From assembly GCF_006345805.1 (NCBI RefSeq), contig NC_043011.1:43908464-43972463 (forward strand): a DNA stretch of 64,000 nt, written 5' to 3'. The position numbers were made by a program, and so were the translations under genes. Under the pieces are notes generated by a model. The model ran no database searches. It was not told the DNA's origin and saw only the letters and a list, made by a program, of their open reading frames with translations. Position 1 is the stretch's first letter. Each line of letters opens with the position of its first letter. Below are positions 25,407 through 38,726 of the stretch, piece after piece. This DNA is from Octopus sinensis. Taxonomy: Eukaryota.

Positions 25407-25864
25407 AGGGCGGCGAGCTGGCAGAAACGTTAGCGCGCTGGGCGAAATGCTTAGCGATATTTCATTTGCCGTTACGTTCTGAGTTCAAATTCCGCCGAGG
25501 TCGACTTTGCCTTTCATCCTTTCGGGGTCGATTAAATAAGTACCAGTTACGCACTGGGGTCGATATAATCGACTTAATTGTTTGTCTGTCCTTGTTTGTC
25601 CCCTCTATGTTTAGCCCCTTGTGGGTAGTAAAGAAATATATATATATATATATATACGACAAGGTTCTTTCAGTTTCCGTCTAAGGCTTTGGTCGACCAG
25701 AGCGAGGCTTTTAGTAGAAGACACTTGCTTACCAACCACATGGCTTCGGGTTCAGACTTACTATGTGGCACCTTCGGCAAGTGTCTTCTACTAAAAGCTC
25801 GCTCTGGTCGACCAAAGAAGCCTTGTGAGGGGATTTGGTAGACGGAAACTGAAAGAAGCTTGTC

Positions 25865-25941
<77 letters not shown>

Positions 25942-26509
25942 ATATAACATACGAATACTTACGTATACGAACGTATACATACATGTATGTATGTATGTAT
26001 ACGTTCGTATATGTAAGTATTCATATGTATATATATACATATGTATATATAGGGCGGCGAGCTGGCAGAAACGTTAGCGCGCTGGGCGAAATGCTTAGCG
26101 ATATTTCATTTGCCGTTACGTTCTGAGTTCAAATTCCGCCGAGGTCGACTTTGCCTTTCATCCTTTCGGGGTCGATTAAATAAGTACCAGTTACGCACTG
26201 GGGTCGATATAATCGACTTAATCTGTTTGTCTGTCCTTGTTTGTCCCCTCTATGTTTAGCCCCTTGTGGGTAGTAAAGAAATATTATATATATATATATA
26301 CGACAAGGTTCTTTCAGTTTCCGTCTAAGGCTTTGGTCGACCAGAGCGAGGCTTTTAGTAGAAGACACTTGCTTACCAACCACATGGCTTCGGGTTCAGA
26401 CTTACTATGTGGCACCTTCGGCAAGTGTCTTCTACTAAAAGCCTCGCTCTGGTCGACCAAAGAAGCCTTGTGAGGGGATTTGGTAGACGGAAACTGAAAG
26501 AAGCTTGTC

Positions 26510-26582
<73 letters not shown>

Positions 26583-26680
26583 ATATAACATACGAATACT
26601 TACGTATACGAACGTATACATACATGTATGTATGTATGTATACGTTCGTATATGTAAGTATTCATATGTTATATATATAT
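25407..26680. repeat. ~643-bp tandem duplication (family B SINE + foldback family A SINE + palindromic microsatellite)
   Basis: AGGGCGGCGAGCTGGCAGAAACG at 25407 and 26050; the two units are nearly identical. Confidence 0.9.
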
Positions 26681-26706
26681 TATATTTGTATTTATGTGCT
26701 ACCTAT

Positions 26707-26765
26707 ATTCCACTGATGAAGATAAAGCATTTCTTATGCAGAGTCAGAAATCCGGGATCAGGAAT
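26707..26765 (+). ncRNA. Type I hammerhead-like motif (relic)
   Basis: ATTCCA-CTGATGA-A-GAT..GCAT-TTCTT-ATGC..GTC-A-GAAA-TCC-G-GGA-TC-AGGAAT. Core boxes, stems II and III and an AUC triplet are present; stem I has one mismatch. Confidence 0.45.
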
Positions 26766-27042
26766 TATCCAGTAATTTTTTTTGCTATTAATTTTGTCTT
26801 TTTGTCTTCTCTCCTGATGCTGTATGAACTTTTAATGCGGTCTTAGAGTCAAGTTTTGGCTGATATTTCAAGCGTGATTGTATCTCTTAGCTACCCTAAT
26901 TTATAATTGTAATATATGTATGTATATATACACACACACATATATACTCACACACATATATATGTACATACATATATATACACATATACGTGTCTGTATA
27001 TATATATATTTACATATAGGGTATATACATATATATATATAA

Positions 27043-27434
27043 TCTCTATATACATAAAGCTGAAGTTGTCTGTGTATGGTAGGTTTGGTAGCCTTCAACT
27101 AGCACTATCTCCTCCGAGACCCTGTGGCGCAAGTTGACCAAAATTGAGAGTATGATAGAAGAAGGCTTGCTCTTCCTTCCGTAGAAGAAAAAATTCAAAT
27201 CGGACCATGTTAACACCAACAATTATTTACATCAAAAAGGTGCTTTTTCTCTATGAAAATCCCTATTTTTGACGAGTTTTTGACTGCTTTGTCGCCATTT
27301 TTCTGTGTATTTCAACCAGAAAAATTGTTCACTTAAAGAGAATAACAAGCTACATAATGCAAAACTTTTACTTTTCCAAAATCCAATTCTAAAGAGTCGA
27401 AACAAACCCGAGCAACATTGGGCGATACTGCTAG
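27043..27434 (+). mobile_element. Non-autonomous Helitron
   Basis: A|TC(TC)TATATACATAAA 5' end. 3' end CCCGAGCAACATTGGG hairpin then ATACTGCTAG|T, nearly the same as at 62610. Confidence 0.8.
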
Positions 27435-28203
27435 TATATATATATATATAAATATACATATATGTGTGTGTGTGTGATGTGTATTATAGGTATATAAGTG
27501 TGTTTGTGTGTGTGCGTATGTGTGTATGTTTGTATGTATGTATGTATGTATGTATATAAAGATATATATTGGGAGAGAGAGAGAGAGAGAGAGAGAGGTG
27601 GATAGAAAGAGGCGCTGGCGTAGTTTAGATGATCGCTTTGTTACTACTAAGTTTCAGCTTCAGTGCCACTGTGGGGCTTCCTTGAGCAAGTCTCTCCTAC
27701 TCTAGCTCCGATTGAACCAATCACTTATGGGTGAATTTGGTAGACAGAAACTGTGCGGAAGCCCGTCATGTGTGTGCATGTCTGTGTGTATTTATGTATG
27801 TGTGTGTGTGTGAGTGTGTACGTGCGTGGGTGAGTTGTCTTTGTGTTCGTCATCTTTGCAGCACCACTTGACAACCGGTGTTGGTCGGTCTACGTTCTCC
27901 TCACTTAGATGTGCGGTAAACGAAACCGTTAAAGTATCAGCCTCTAAAAAAATATGAATGCTGGGAGTCGATTTATTCGAATAAAATCCTTCAAGGCAGT
28001 TCCCCAGTGTGACCGCAGTCCAATGACTAAAGCGAAAGATAAAAGAAAATATGTGCATATATATATATATATATATATACTTCAGCCGAAATTGCGAATA
28101 TGATCCGCTTCTTGACTGAAGATTGAAGGCTTCGAATGTCTCGTCCGTGTTTTTGTATCGTCTTCAAAATGTTTTGCGTTCTTGTCCCATTTTGTATTTT
28201 CTT

Positions 28204-28314
<111 letters not shown>

Positions 28315-28542
28315 ATATATATATATATAACAGAAAAATAATAATATTAATGCATAATATATATTTTATACATGAATAATATTATTATTATTTTTCTGTT
28401 GTATATATATATTTCTCTCTCTCTATATATATATATGTATGTATATATATATATATATACACATACATGCACATATTTTCTTTTATCTTTCGCTTCAGTC
28501 ATTGGACTATATATATATATATATATATATATTATACAACAG

Positions 28543-28547
28543 AAAAA
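28543..28547 (-). terminator. Pol III terminator (T5) of the tRNA-Lys gene
   Basis: Minus strand reads TATTCTTTTTC immediately after the discriminator base. Confidence 0.75.
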
Positions 28548-28552
28548 GAATA

Positions 28553-28625
28553 CGCCCAGCGTGGGGCTCGAACCCACGACCCCGAGATTAAGAGTCTCGT
28601 GCTCTACCGACTGAGCTAGCCGGGC
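28553..28625 (-). tRNA. tRNA-Lys(CTT)
   Basis: 73 nt, GCCCGGCTAGCTCAGTCGGTAGAGCACGAGACTCTTAATCTCGGGGTCGTGGGTTCGAGCCCCACGCTGGGCG. Full cloverleaf with anticodon CTT and a downstream TTTTT Pol III terminator. Confidence 0.97.
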
Positions 28626-28961
28626 GCGATATGTGTATATATGAAATTAGATAATAAGGGTAGAAATTGATATTAATCAATTAAAACCAGTGGCTTATCA
28701 TATTTTTTTAAAATTCGAAGATTAAAAATTGTGTTACATACAAAAGGATTTGTGCTCGGTGGTAGGAGCGAACCCAAAAAGGGAGGGGCTGAGGGGTACG
28801 TTCACCCCCCTCAAGAAAAGAACTGCACCCTTCTAAATAATGTTATTGCGCCCTTTTATCCTGGAATTGTATTCACTTCTGAATTTGTGCCCTCCCTTCG
28901 AAAAATTCCTGGGACCACGCCTGGGTGGGACACGAAAGATGTGTATCATGATGTGTTAAAA

Positions 28962-29300
28962 CTATTTCTTTACTGCTCACAAGGGGCTAAACACAGAGGA
29001 GACGAACAAGGACAGACAAACGGATTAAGTAGATTATATCGACCCCAGTGCGTAACTGGTACTTATTTAATCGACCCCGAAAGGATTAAAGGCAAAGTCG
29101 ACCTCGGCGGAATTTGAGCTCAGAACGTAGCGGCAGACGAAATACCTATTTCTTTACTACCCACAAGGGGCTAAACACAGAGAGGACAAACAAGGACAGA
29201 CAAACGGATTAAGTCGATTACATCGATCCGGTGCGTAACTGGTACATATTTAATCGACCCCCGAAAGGATGAAAGGCAAAGTCGACCTCGGCGGAATTTG
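28962..29300 (-). mobile_element. SINE family B dimer, truncated by the adjacent satellite
   Basis: Same internal junction GACGAAATACC|TATTTCTTTACTACCC as at ~9020. Confidence 0.85.
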
Positions 29301-30881
29301 AAAAAATTTTCGGTGAAAATTTTCGAAAAGATTTGGGGGAAAATTTTCGAAAACTTTTTGGGTGAAATTTTCGGTAAATTTTTGGGTAAAGTTTTCGATG
29401 AACATCGAAAAATTTCTGGTTAAAATTTTCGGAAGATTTTTGGGTAAAATCTTCGGTAATTTTCGGAAAATTTTTGGGGTAAAATTTTCGGTGAAAATAT
29501 TCGGAAAATTTTTGGGTAAAATTTTCGGAAAATTGTCGGATAACATTTGCGGTGCCAAAATCACAAAGTATGGAAGGCCAGCGGTGCCAAAATCACAAAG
29601 TATGGAAGGCCAGTGGTGCCCAAATCACAAAGTATGAAAAGCCAGCGGTGCCCAAATCACAAGGTATGGAAAGCCAGCGGTGCCAATTTTCGAAAAATTT
29701 TCTGTGAAAATTTTCGAAAAATTTTTGGGGAAAATTTTCAGTGAAAATTTTCGAACACTTTTTAGGTGAAATTTTGCCCCAAAATTTTTCCCATAAATTT
29801 TTCGAAAATTTCACCCAAAAAGTTTTCGAAAATTTTCCCCAAAAATTTGTCGAAAATTTTTTAGGGAAAATTTTCGGTGAAAATTTTCGAAAAATTTTTG
29901 AAAAATTTCGCTGAAAATTTTTGGGTGAAATTTTCGACAAATTTTGGGGAAAAATTTTCTGAAAATTTTTGGGTAAAGTTTTCGGTGAAAATTTTCGAAA
30001 ACTTTTTAGGTGAAATTTTCGGTAAATTTTTGGGTAAAGTTTTCGGTGAAAATTTTCGCAAAATTTTTGGGTAAAATTTTCGGTGAAAATATTCGGAAAT
30101 TTTTTGGTGAAACTTTCGGAAAAATTTTGGGTAAAATTTTCGAAAACTTTTTGGGTAAAATTTTCGGAAAATTGTTGGATAACATTTTCGGTGAAAATTT
30201 TCGAAATATTTTTGGGGAAAATTTTCAGTGGAAATTTTCGAACACTTTTTAGGTGAAATTTTCGGTAAAATTTTGGGTAAAATTTTCCGTGAAAATTTTC
30301 GAAATATTTTTGGGGAAAATTTTCAGTGGAAATTTTCGAACACTTTTTAGGTGAAATTTTCGGTAAATTTTTGGGTAAAATTTTCTGTGAAAATTTTCGA
30401 AAAATTTTTGGGGAAATTTTTAGGTGAAATTTTACGCAAAAATTTTTCCCATAAATTTTTCGAAAATTTCACCCAAAAATTTGTCAAATTTTTTAGGGAA
30501 AATTTTCGGTGAAAATTTTCGAATAATTTTTGAAAAATTTCGGTGAAAAGTTTTGGGTGAAATTTTCGACAAATTTTGGGGAAAATTTTCTGAAAATTTT
30601 TGGCTAAAGTTTTCGGTGAAAATTTTCGAAAAATTTTTGGGTGAAATTTTCGACAAATTTTGGGGAAAATTTTCAGTGAAAATTTTCGAAAAATTTTGGG
30701 TAAAATTTTCGGTGAAAATATTCGGAAATTTTTTGGTGAAATTTTCGGAAAAATTTTGGGTAAAATTTTCGAAAACTTTTTGGGTAAAATTTTCGGAAAA
30801 TTGTTGGATAACATTTTCGGTGAAAATTTTCGAAAAATTTTTGGGTAAAATTTTCGGTGAACATCTTCGAAAAATTTTTTT
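29300..30881. repeat. A4T4-type satellite (GAAAATTTTC-like units, ~11-13 bp spacing) with higher-order structure
   Basis: More than 100 AAAATTTT-like tracts separated by CG, GGG or GGTG. Duplicated blocks lie ~630-660 bp apart and some segments are inverted. Confidence 0.95.
29549..29686. repeat. 32-bp minisatellite, ~4.3 copies
   Basis: GCGGTGCCAAAATCACAAAGTATGGAAGGCCA units start at 29549, 29581, 29613, 29645 and 29677 (partial). Confidence 0.95.
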
Positions 30882-31224
30882 GTTCTCGTTTTGGGGGGAT
30901 TTAGTATATGCATGCATATATATATGCAAGTTTAGTTGACTCATTCGCACGCGGCGGGCAAAAAGGCTTAGCGGCGTTTCATCCGTCTTTACGTTTCGAG
31001 TTCAAATTCCGCCGAGATCGACTTAGCCTTTCATCCTTTCGGAGATTGATTACGTAAGTACTAATTGAGTTCTGGGGCCGATGTAATCGAATAACCTCCG
31101 CCTACAAAATTGCTGGCCTTGTGCCAAAATTTGAAACCATATTACATATATACAGATATATGTGTGTGTATGTGTGTTTGTGTAAATATATATAAATCTA
31201 TTCTTATTTAATACAACTGCACGC

Positions 31225-31255
<31 letters not shown>

Positions 31256-32683
31256 TACATATCTTTTAACCTTTTACTTGTTTCAGACTTTAGAGTGTGG
31301 CCATGCTAGTGCACCGTCTTGAAGAACTTTTAGTCGAATGAATCGACCCCAGAATCTATTTTTTGATAAGCTTGGTACTTATTCTATCCACCCCTGTTTG
31401 CCGAACCGCTAGCTCACGAGAACGTAGACACATCAACACCAGCTTCTCAAATGGTGTTCGGACACACACACACACACACACACATATGTATGTATATATG
31501 TATGTATGTATGTGTACATATATACACGCACACACTCACACACACACACACACATATATATACACCCGAGTAAGCACACAAATGTGAACAAGGTGGAAAA
31601 AAGAGTACTCAAATACCAGAGGTAGAGTAATATGCTTTAATTAAAAGCAACAGAAATATAACAAAAGCTGTTACTCGGAGTTTCACGTGAAACTCTGAGC
31701 AACAGCTTTTGTTATATTTCTACTGCTTTTAAATAAAGTATATATATATATATATATACGAAGGGCTTCTTTCAGTTTCCATCTACTAAATCCACTCACA
31801 AGGCTTTCGTCGGTCCGAGGCTGTAGTAGAAGACATTTGCCCAAGGTGCCACGCAGTCGGACTGAACCCGGAACTATACGCAAGAATTATATCATACATA
31901 AGTGCAGTTAATATGTATGTATAACATATTAATATATGTATGCATATATTACACATAGAACACAGAGGCATGCATACATGCATATTCATGTTAAGCTCAT
32001 TAGTTCACGATTACTAAGCATCAGGGAAAAATATAGAGAGAATATAATATAATATAATATAGAATTACACACAAAGCTAATTGTTTCAAACTTCCCCGTC
32101 GTATCAAATATCCACAATAAAGGTAGATCTCATGTCTAATAAAACTACCATACTCCGCCACCCCAACTCCCATACCATGCAACTAAACAACTTTAGTGGA
32201 GGTTTGCCGAGGGACTTGAGTGTACTAATGTAAAATTGTTCCTCGAAACTGGAAATCTGCTGATAGATCTGAAGCCATAGGAAAGGGCGGAACTTACTAA
32301 ATGGAAATTTAATTTGGACGCCAAGTTTGCTCTCTTGCTGTTCGTTATTTAGAATAAAACAGACACAGGATGTGCAAGAATGTCAGAGAGATATATTTGC
32401 AAAGCAAATACGTGATCCAGCTCTGTCTCTTTGTCTAACTTGACTATTTATTTATCTATCTGTTTGTCTGTCTTCTGTCTGTTTATCTTGCTGTCTACCT
32501 GTTTGTATGTATGTGTATCTGCGTGTGAGTATTACATGAGGGCACACACAAACACACACACGCGCGCGCGCGGGGGTATATATATACATGTGTGTGTGTG
32601 TGTGTGTGTACATACATACCTATATATCCATCAGTACATATGTATATGCATACATATACATATATGTGTATGTGTGTGTATCC

Positions 32684-32715
<32 letters not shown>

Positions 32716-32806
32716 GTATATGCACACCTACACTTCTAATCCCATGTGTATGTATACGCGCGTGCAAACACATACACACACATATTTACCTATATGTGTA
32801 TAATAA

Positions 32807-32849
<43 letters not shown>

Positions 32850-33244
32850 TAAAGATAGATAGAGATAGATAGATAGAGAAAGACAGACAGACAGACAGAC
32901 AGAGATAAAGAGACAGATAGATAGGTAGATAGAGAGAGTGATAGATAGATAGATATAGATAGATAGATAGGTAGATAGGTAGATAGGTAGATAGATAGAT
33001 AGATAGATAGATAGATGATAAATAGATATACATATATGTGTGAATATGTGTACGTATGTATCTACACACACATGCACACACACACATGTAATTATGTGTA
33101 TGTGTGTACGTATATACGTATACACACGCACAAGCATCCATCCATTCCTGGGAGTGCCTGGAAAACTGGGCAGTGACCTTCCTCCCTTAGCTAACATATA
33201 ACGTTACCGACATATATATGCGTGCGCGTGTGTGTGCGTGTGTT

Positions 33245-33278
<34 letters not shown>

Positions 33279-33309
33279 AGAGAAGGGTTCACTTTAAACT
33301 TTCACACTT

Positions 33310-33490
33310 ACCCTCCATTACATCAACGACCTGCTAACCGTCACTGCCACAAGTCCCACCCCCACCTCCAACGAACATGATACCACTCTTTATTTCCTTT
33401 ACACTTCCACACCCCACTACCATCTACGCACTTCGCACCAGACCTCCACTGAGTCCATGAAGAGAGGCTTCGAAAACATTCCCCCTAATG
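33310..33490 (+). mobile_element. Highly degenerate LINE RT fragment (Jockey/CR1-like)
   Basis: Translates LHYINDLL...HDTTL, resembling the xYINDL...ADDT region of LINE reverse transcriptases. Confidence 0.35.
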
Positions 33491-33561
33491 AAGTTATCGC
33501 CATCTTGTCAATTCCAACAGCAAAACCGATACAATCGCCGAACAAGTTTAGAAAAGTGTAT

Positions 33562-33733
33562 AGGCACAGGAGTGGCTGTGTGGTAAGTAGCTTACTTACC
33601 AACCACATGGTTCCAGGTTCAGTCCCACTGCGTGACACCATGGGCAAGTGTCTTCTGCTATAGCCTCAGGCCGACCAATGCCTTGTGAGTGGATTTGGTA
33701 GACGGAAACTGAAAGAAGCCTGTCGTATATATG

Positions 33734-33789
<56 letters not shown>

Positions 33790-34025
33790 ATATATATACA
33801 TATGTATATGCATACATATACATATGTGTATGTGTGTGTATGTGTGTGTATATGTTTGTGTGACTGTGTTTGTCCCCCTAGCATTGCTTAGCGGTTCGGC
33901 AAAAGACACCGATAGAATAAGTTCTGGGCTTCCAAAGAATAAGTCCCGGGGTCGATTTGCTCGACTAAAGGCGGTGCTCCAGCATGGCCGCAATCAAATG
34001 ACTGAAACAAGTAAAAGAGTAAAAG
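33562..34025 (+). mobile_element. SINE family A
   Basis: Head to tail with an expanded internal (TA)n. Confidence 0.88.
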
Positions 34026-34059
34026 TACCACTACTTCTCCAAAATATCGATTTCAAATT

Positions 34060-34470
34060 CTTTCGGGAGAGTGGGTATGTCGATTGTATCGCCCACAGGG
34101 CTTGACTGACACTTATTTTATCGACCCCGAAAGGATGAAAGGCAAAGTCAACCTTGGCAGAATTTGAACTCGGAACGTAAAGATGGACGAAACACCTATT
34201 TCTTCACAACACACAAGGAGCTAAACTCAAAGAGGACAAACAAGGACAGACAAACGGATTAAGTTGATTATATCGACCCCAGTGCGTAACTGGTACTTAT
34301 TTAATCGACCCCGAGAGGATGAAAGGCACTGTCGACCTCGGCGGAATTTGAATTCAGAACGTAGCGACAGGCGAAATACCGCTAAGCATTTCGTCTAGCG
34401 TGCTAGACGGACGAAATACCGTTAAACATTATGCCCGACGCGGTAACGATTCTACTAGCTCGTCGTCTTC
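34060..34470 (-). mobile_element. SINE family B dimer
   Basis: Junction GACGAAACACC|TATTTCTTCAC, equivalent to the other dimers. Confidence 0.8.
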
Positions 34471-36364
34471 CCTCCTCCTAAATATTAACAAATATTCATT
34501 GAGAAACTACCTCAAGGTCTCTACAAATCCTGATCTTCATTAGCACCCAGGATCTCTGCTGGTAAACACACGCCTTTAACATATTGTTTAAAATAATGGA
34601 GAAAAAGAAAAATTGAAGAACAATTGTAGATAATGTACACAACGGTTCAAATGGTACCGCATGGGATTGGGGCCCATGCGACCATTTCCATTTTTCATAT
34701 AATTTCCTCTCATTTACATCGTTTTATGTTTCTTGTTCCCACTGTGGTCTTGTCTGTCCTTGTGGTGCCCCCCCCCCTGTATGCGGGCTTTATGCCAAAT
34801 AAAGAAATCACACGCCTTTAACATAGCAAAGGTTACATGTCAGAAACTGGCTTCCTTCTTGAGGGCCAGAAAATACTTTAACTACCTGTTATTGCGAGCC
34901 ATATGATAGGGTTAAGTGGTGGCGGTGATGGCAGAGATGATAGTCATACTGGCTTCAAATTTTGGCGCGAAGCCAGCAATTTCGGGGAAGAGGTTAAGTC
35001 GATTACGTCGACCCCAGTCCTCAACTGGTACTTATTTTAGCTACCCTGAAGATAGGATGAAAGGCAAAGTCGACCTCGGCGGAATTTGAATTTAGCGGCA
35101 TTTCGTCCATCTTTATGTTCTGAGCTCAAATGCCACCTTGAAGTGTTTTTACCTAACAGTGCGACCCCGGGAATATTTTAAAGCCTAGTACTTATTTTAT
35201 CGGTCTCTTAACAGAATCGCTAAGTTATGGGGACGTAAATACACCAACACCGATTGTTAAACGGTGACGGGATGGGGGTGACAAACAGACACAAATAGAC
35301 ACATAGTTTAGCTGAACTTAAAGAACGAATTCAGCAGTGCCGGAGGATAGATTTGAAACTTACAGGAACTCAGACGAAGAACATATCGAACATTTTCAAG
35401 AAAGTTTTGACCTAAGATTTATAAATCTTGTTTGTTTTGTTGTCATAAGTAATAAAAAAAAAATTCTTTTATTTTTCCTCGATTTCATTCAAATAGTTAA
35501 TTCTGAGAAATCCTGTATTGTTCACGGTTTTACAGACTACTTGAAAGAGGGCAACACAATTTTTTTATTTTTTTATCTTAAATGTCAATTATGAGGTATT
35601 AATCAAGCTGATGTTACGGCGGAAGACATTTGCACAAGGGACCTTACAAGATCAAATCTTGGCTCTCGTAGCTTCAGAGCAAACGTCTCAGGAACCACAC
35701 TCGGTATTATATCGTTGTTGTAAGGGTATCAGCTATTAAAGTTTAGTGTTAGGTTGGTGCTTAAAGAAGATCTAGCAACAAATATGAACTTCCAACCATG
35801 GCCATCTCAACTGCTATTCACCTATTGTATCGAAAGCAACATGTTTATAACAATCTGTTTTAGATTTCGTTTTCTAGAGGCCAAGCTTCTTTATTTTAAC
35901 ATTGAAACATCTGTAAGAAAACCTAAATGAAGCAAAGCTTTATGCAGGACTTATTCCAGTAAACCCGAGAGAGATGGTATAAGGTTGACGTTGGTGTGAT
36001 TTGAACTTGGAACGTAAAGAAATGAAATCATTGTGTTACGTTCAACCATTTCTGATACTTGCCTATTTCTCCACCACCATCTCCTGTATGAAAGGTTTCT
36101 TTGAAGTATAACACCGATTTTGATGAGAATATGAGAACAACGAGATAAGTAAATTATTAGACTGACACGAATGTATCCTAAAGTGAAGAATATTTACCGT
36201 TGGAATGATGAAATATTATTATTCGGTATCTCGGAGTAATGAAAAGAAAATGCTGATGCCTCTACCAAGGAAATTTGTGCAAGAGAGTAAAACACGAATC
36301 CGGGAAGATATACAATTGTAGTGAATTGGACGGAGACAATTACACAGAATAAAAGAAGTTATTC

Positions 36365-36735
36365 TTTTTATTTTTTACTTGTTTCAGTCATTTGACTGTG
36401 GCCATGCTGGAGCACCGCCTTTAGTCGAGCAAATCGACCCTGGGACTTATTGTTTGGAAGCCTAGTACTTATTCTATCGGTGTCTTTTGCCGAACCGCTA
36501 AGTGACAGGGACATAAACACACCAGCATCGGTTGTCAAGCAATGCTAGGGGGACAAACACAGACACACCTACTATTTATTTTTATATATAATATATATAT
36601 ACATATACACATATATATATATATATATATTATATACATATATATATACACACACACACACACATATAAGACGGGCTTCTTTCAGTTTCCGTTTACCAAA
36701 TCCACTCACAAGGTTTTGGTCAGCCCGAGGCTATT
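36365..36735 (-). mobile_element. SINE family A, 5'-truncated
   Basis: Family A tail and body. Confidence 0.85.
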
Positions 36736-38312
36736 GTGTAAAAAAAAAAAATGCTGAGGTGGTGAATGAAAACCAAGTCATAAAGACAAAAGTCAGTTTT
36801 AGTTTAAAAGAAAAAAAAAGTCAGAATTTTTTTGTAGCATCAAAATGAAGGCATTGGTGTGACTGAGATTAAGAAGTTTGGTTTCCTACAAAGTGGACTT
36901 GGGTTCAGTTCCGTTATGTTGCACCTACTAGAGGCCTGGGCCGACCAAAGCTTTGCGAGCGGATTTGGTAGACTGAAAGAAACCAGGTGATGTTGGGGGT
37001 GGGAGAAATTGTTTCCCCACCACAGTTCAACAGCTGGCGTGGGTTAGTTTACGTCACCGTAACTTAGCGGTTCGGCAAAAGAGATCGATAGTATAAGTAC
37101 CAAACTTGACTAAACCCGTCAAGGTCGTGCCGCAGTATGGCCTTTGTCTAACGATGTAAACAACTAAGACGATAGATATTTCAAGAATTCATTGACGACT
37201 TGTTCTGCGACTATATAATGTAAAAATTTTTGTTATATTAAAACTAGTAAAATGTTGAAATTGCTAAGGTTACAAGTAAATCTCTTTCACAAAGAAAAAA
37301 AATACTCTGAGTATCAGATTATAGTTTATTTGAAAATTAAACCCTTTCACTACGGAAAGCAGATATATTCACTCAAAACTTCGTTACCCCTAACTATACA
37401 AAGTTATACCTATCTCTTGTCGAGGAACGCCATATTTGAAACTTGTTTCTCTTGAGACAAGTTAAGCTTATGAAGTGATGAGCAGAGAATACCATTTTTT
37501 TTTTGTAGATATTTAACGTATTTACTACTAGACTAACCAAGAAATTTAATTATGCAATTAACAGGATAAGGACCCTGCCAGAAAGGCCAAAATTCCCGTT
37601 TGAAATCAGTTTGATAATGCAATTTTGTTTTGCTTAACAAGTTATAGGTTTCTGAGAAATCACTGGATTTAAGGCAGGAAGAACAAGTGATAATTATTTC
37701 CCACAAGGGGACAACACAATCTGATTGGAGATCAGATAAACGAATAATTATTACAATGAAATTTTTAAATTTACAAAAATAGGAAAATAAGGAAGAACAC
37801 GTGATGTGGCTAGGAAGCGAACTCATAACTGCACAGACATGCCTGTACTCAACGAAATGATAAATTCCTCGATTCGGAACATAGTATATAAGCAATCGAC
37901 GAGTATATTAGGTTTCGAAATCCGGTAGAGAGAGAAAGTGCGAAATTCCGATCAACAGATTACAAAATCGTGGCAGACAACCGAAATGTTGTCATCTAAG
38001 ACGACAAACCATATAAACGTACGTTTATGGTCCTAAACCAGAGGGTCTACCTTTTTCTGTCCACTGACCCCTTTGGTTCCCATTTTACTCAGGAATGGGA
38101 TCCTCATAGCTGTTCAATTTCTAAGAGCTTATTTTTACGATTAGGTATTTGGCATTGTATTGTAGAAATATAACCAGTTAATTGCATTTAAATCTTAAAA
38201 CCTTATACGGACCCCCAAGGGTCATGTGGATTCCCCGCAGAGAACCAGTCGTAAAATAGAGCGGAAAATTGTTAGAAAAATTTCATTATTTTTAGATTTG
38301 TAAACTATTAGC

Positions 38313-38726
38313 GGATGTTTTCGGTTTGAACGGCAGTTTTTTTTAATAATTTCCACGTAACTAAACACTTTTAAACGTCGTATATTGGTAGAATGTGTTT
38401 ATAAAACATCTTTTTCTCTTGGCTTTGAGAAAATTCTATAGTTTGTAAGATATGTTTTTTTTTTCTTCGGTTTCTGCAATTTCAACCAATCAATGACGTC
38501 TATTGAGGTGAAAACATTGTGCCGTATGAAAATGTACCTCGTTTAAGAAACAGATTGGGTTTATTTACATTTCTGAAGAAAAAAAAAGATACCCTTCCAT
38601 CACCCCTAATCCTAAAATAGATTGAAATGCAATAGATCGATACTAGGGTCATAATTATGGGTGACAATTTCATATGACACCGCTAGAAAAAAAAAAAAAA
38701 AACTGCCGTTCAAACCGAAAAGATCC
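38313..38726. mobile_element. MITE with GG...CC termini and 8-bp TSD (Merlin-like)
   Basis: TIR GGAT(G/C)TTTTCGGTTTGAACGGCAGTTTTTT; TSD CTATTAGC at 38305-38312 and 38727-38734. Confidence 0.85.

Noticed and set aside
29549-29686. CRISPR-like 32-bp repeats
   Set aside because: Head-to-tail units with no unique spacers, no cas genes, and a eukaryotic context.
29250-30950. Multiple ORFs of 60-190 aa rich in F, K, I, E and N
   Set aside because: Open on both strands in several frames because of satellite composition.
37533-37895. 120-aa ORF in non-repetitive DNA
   Set aside because: Non-ATG start, no motif, and composition typical of non-coding sequence.
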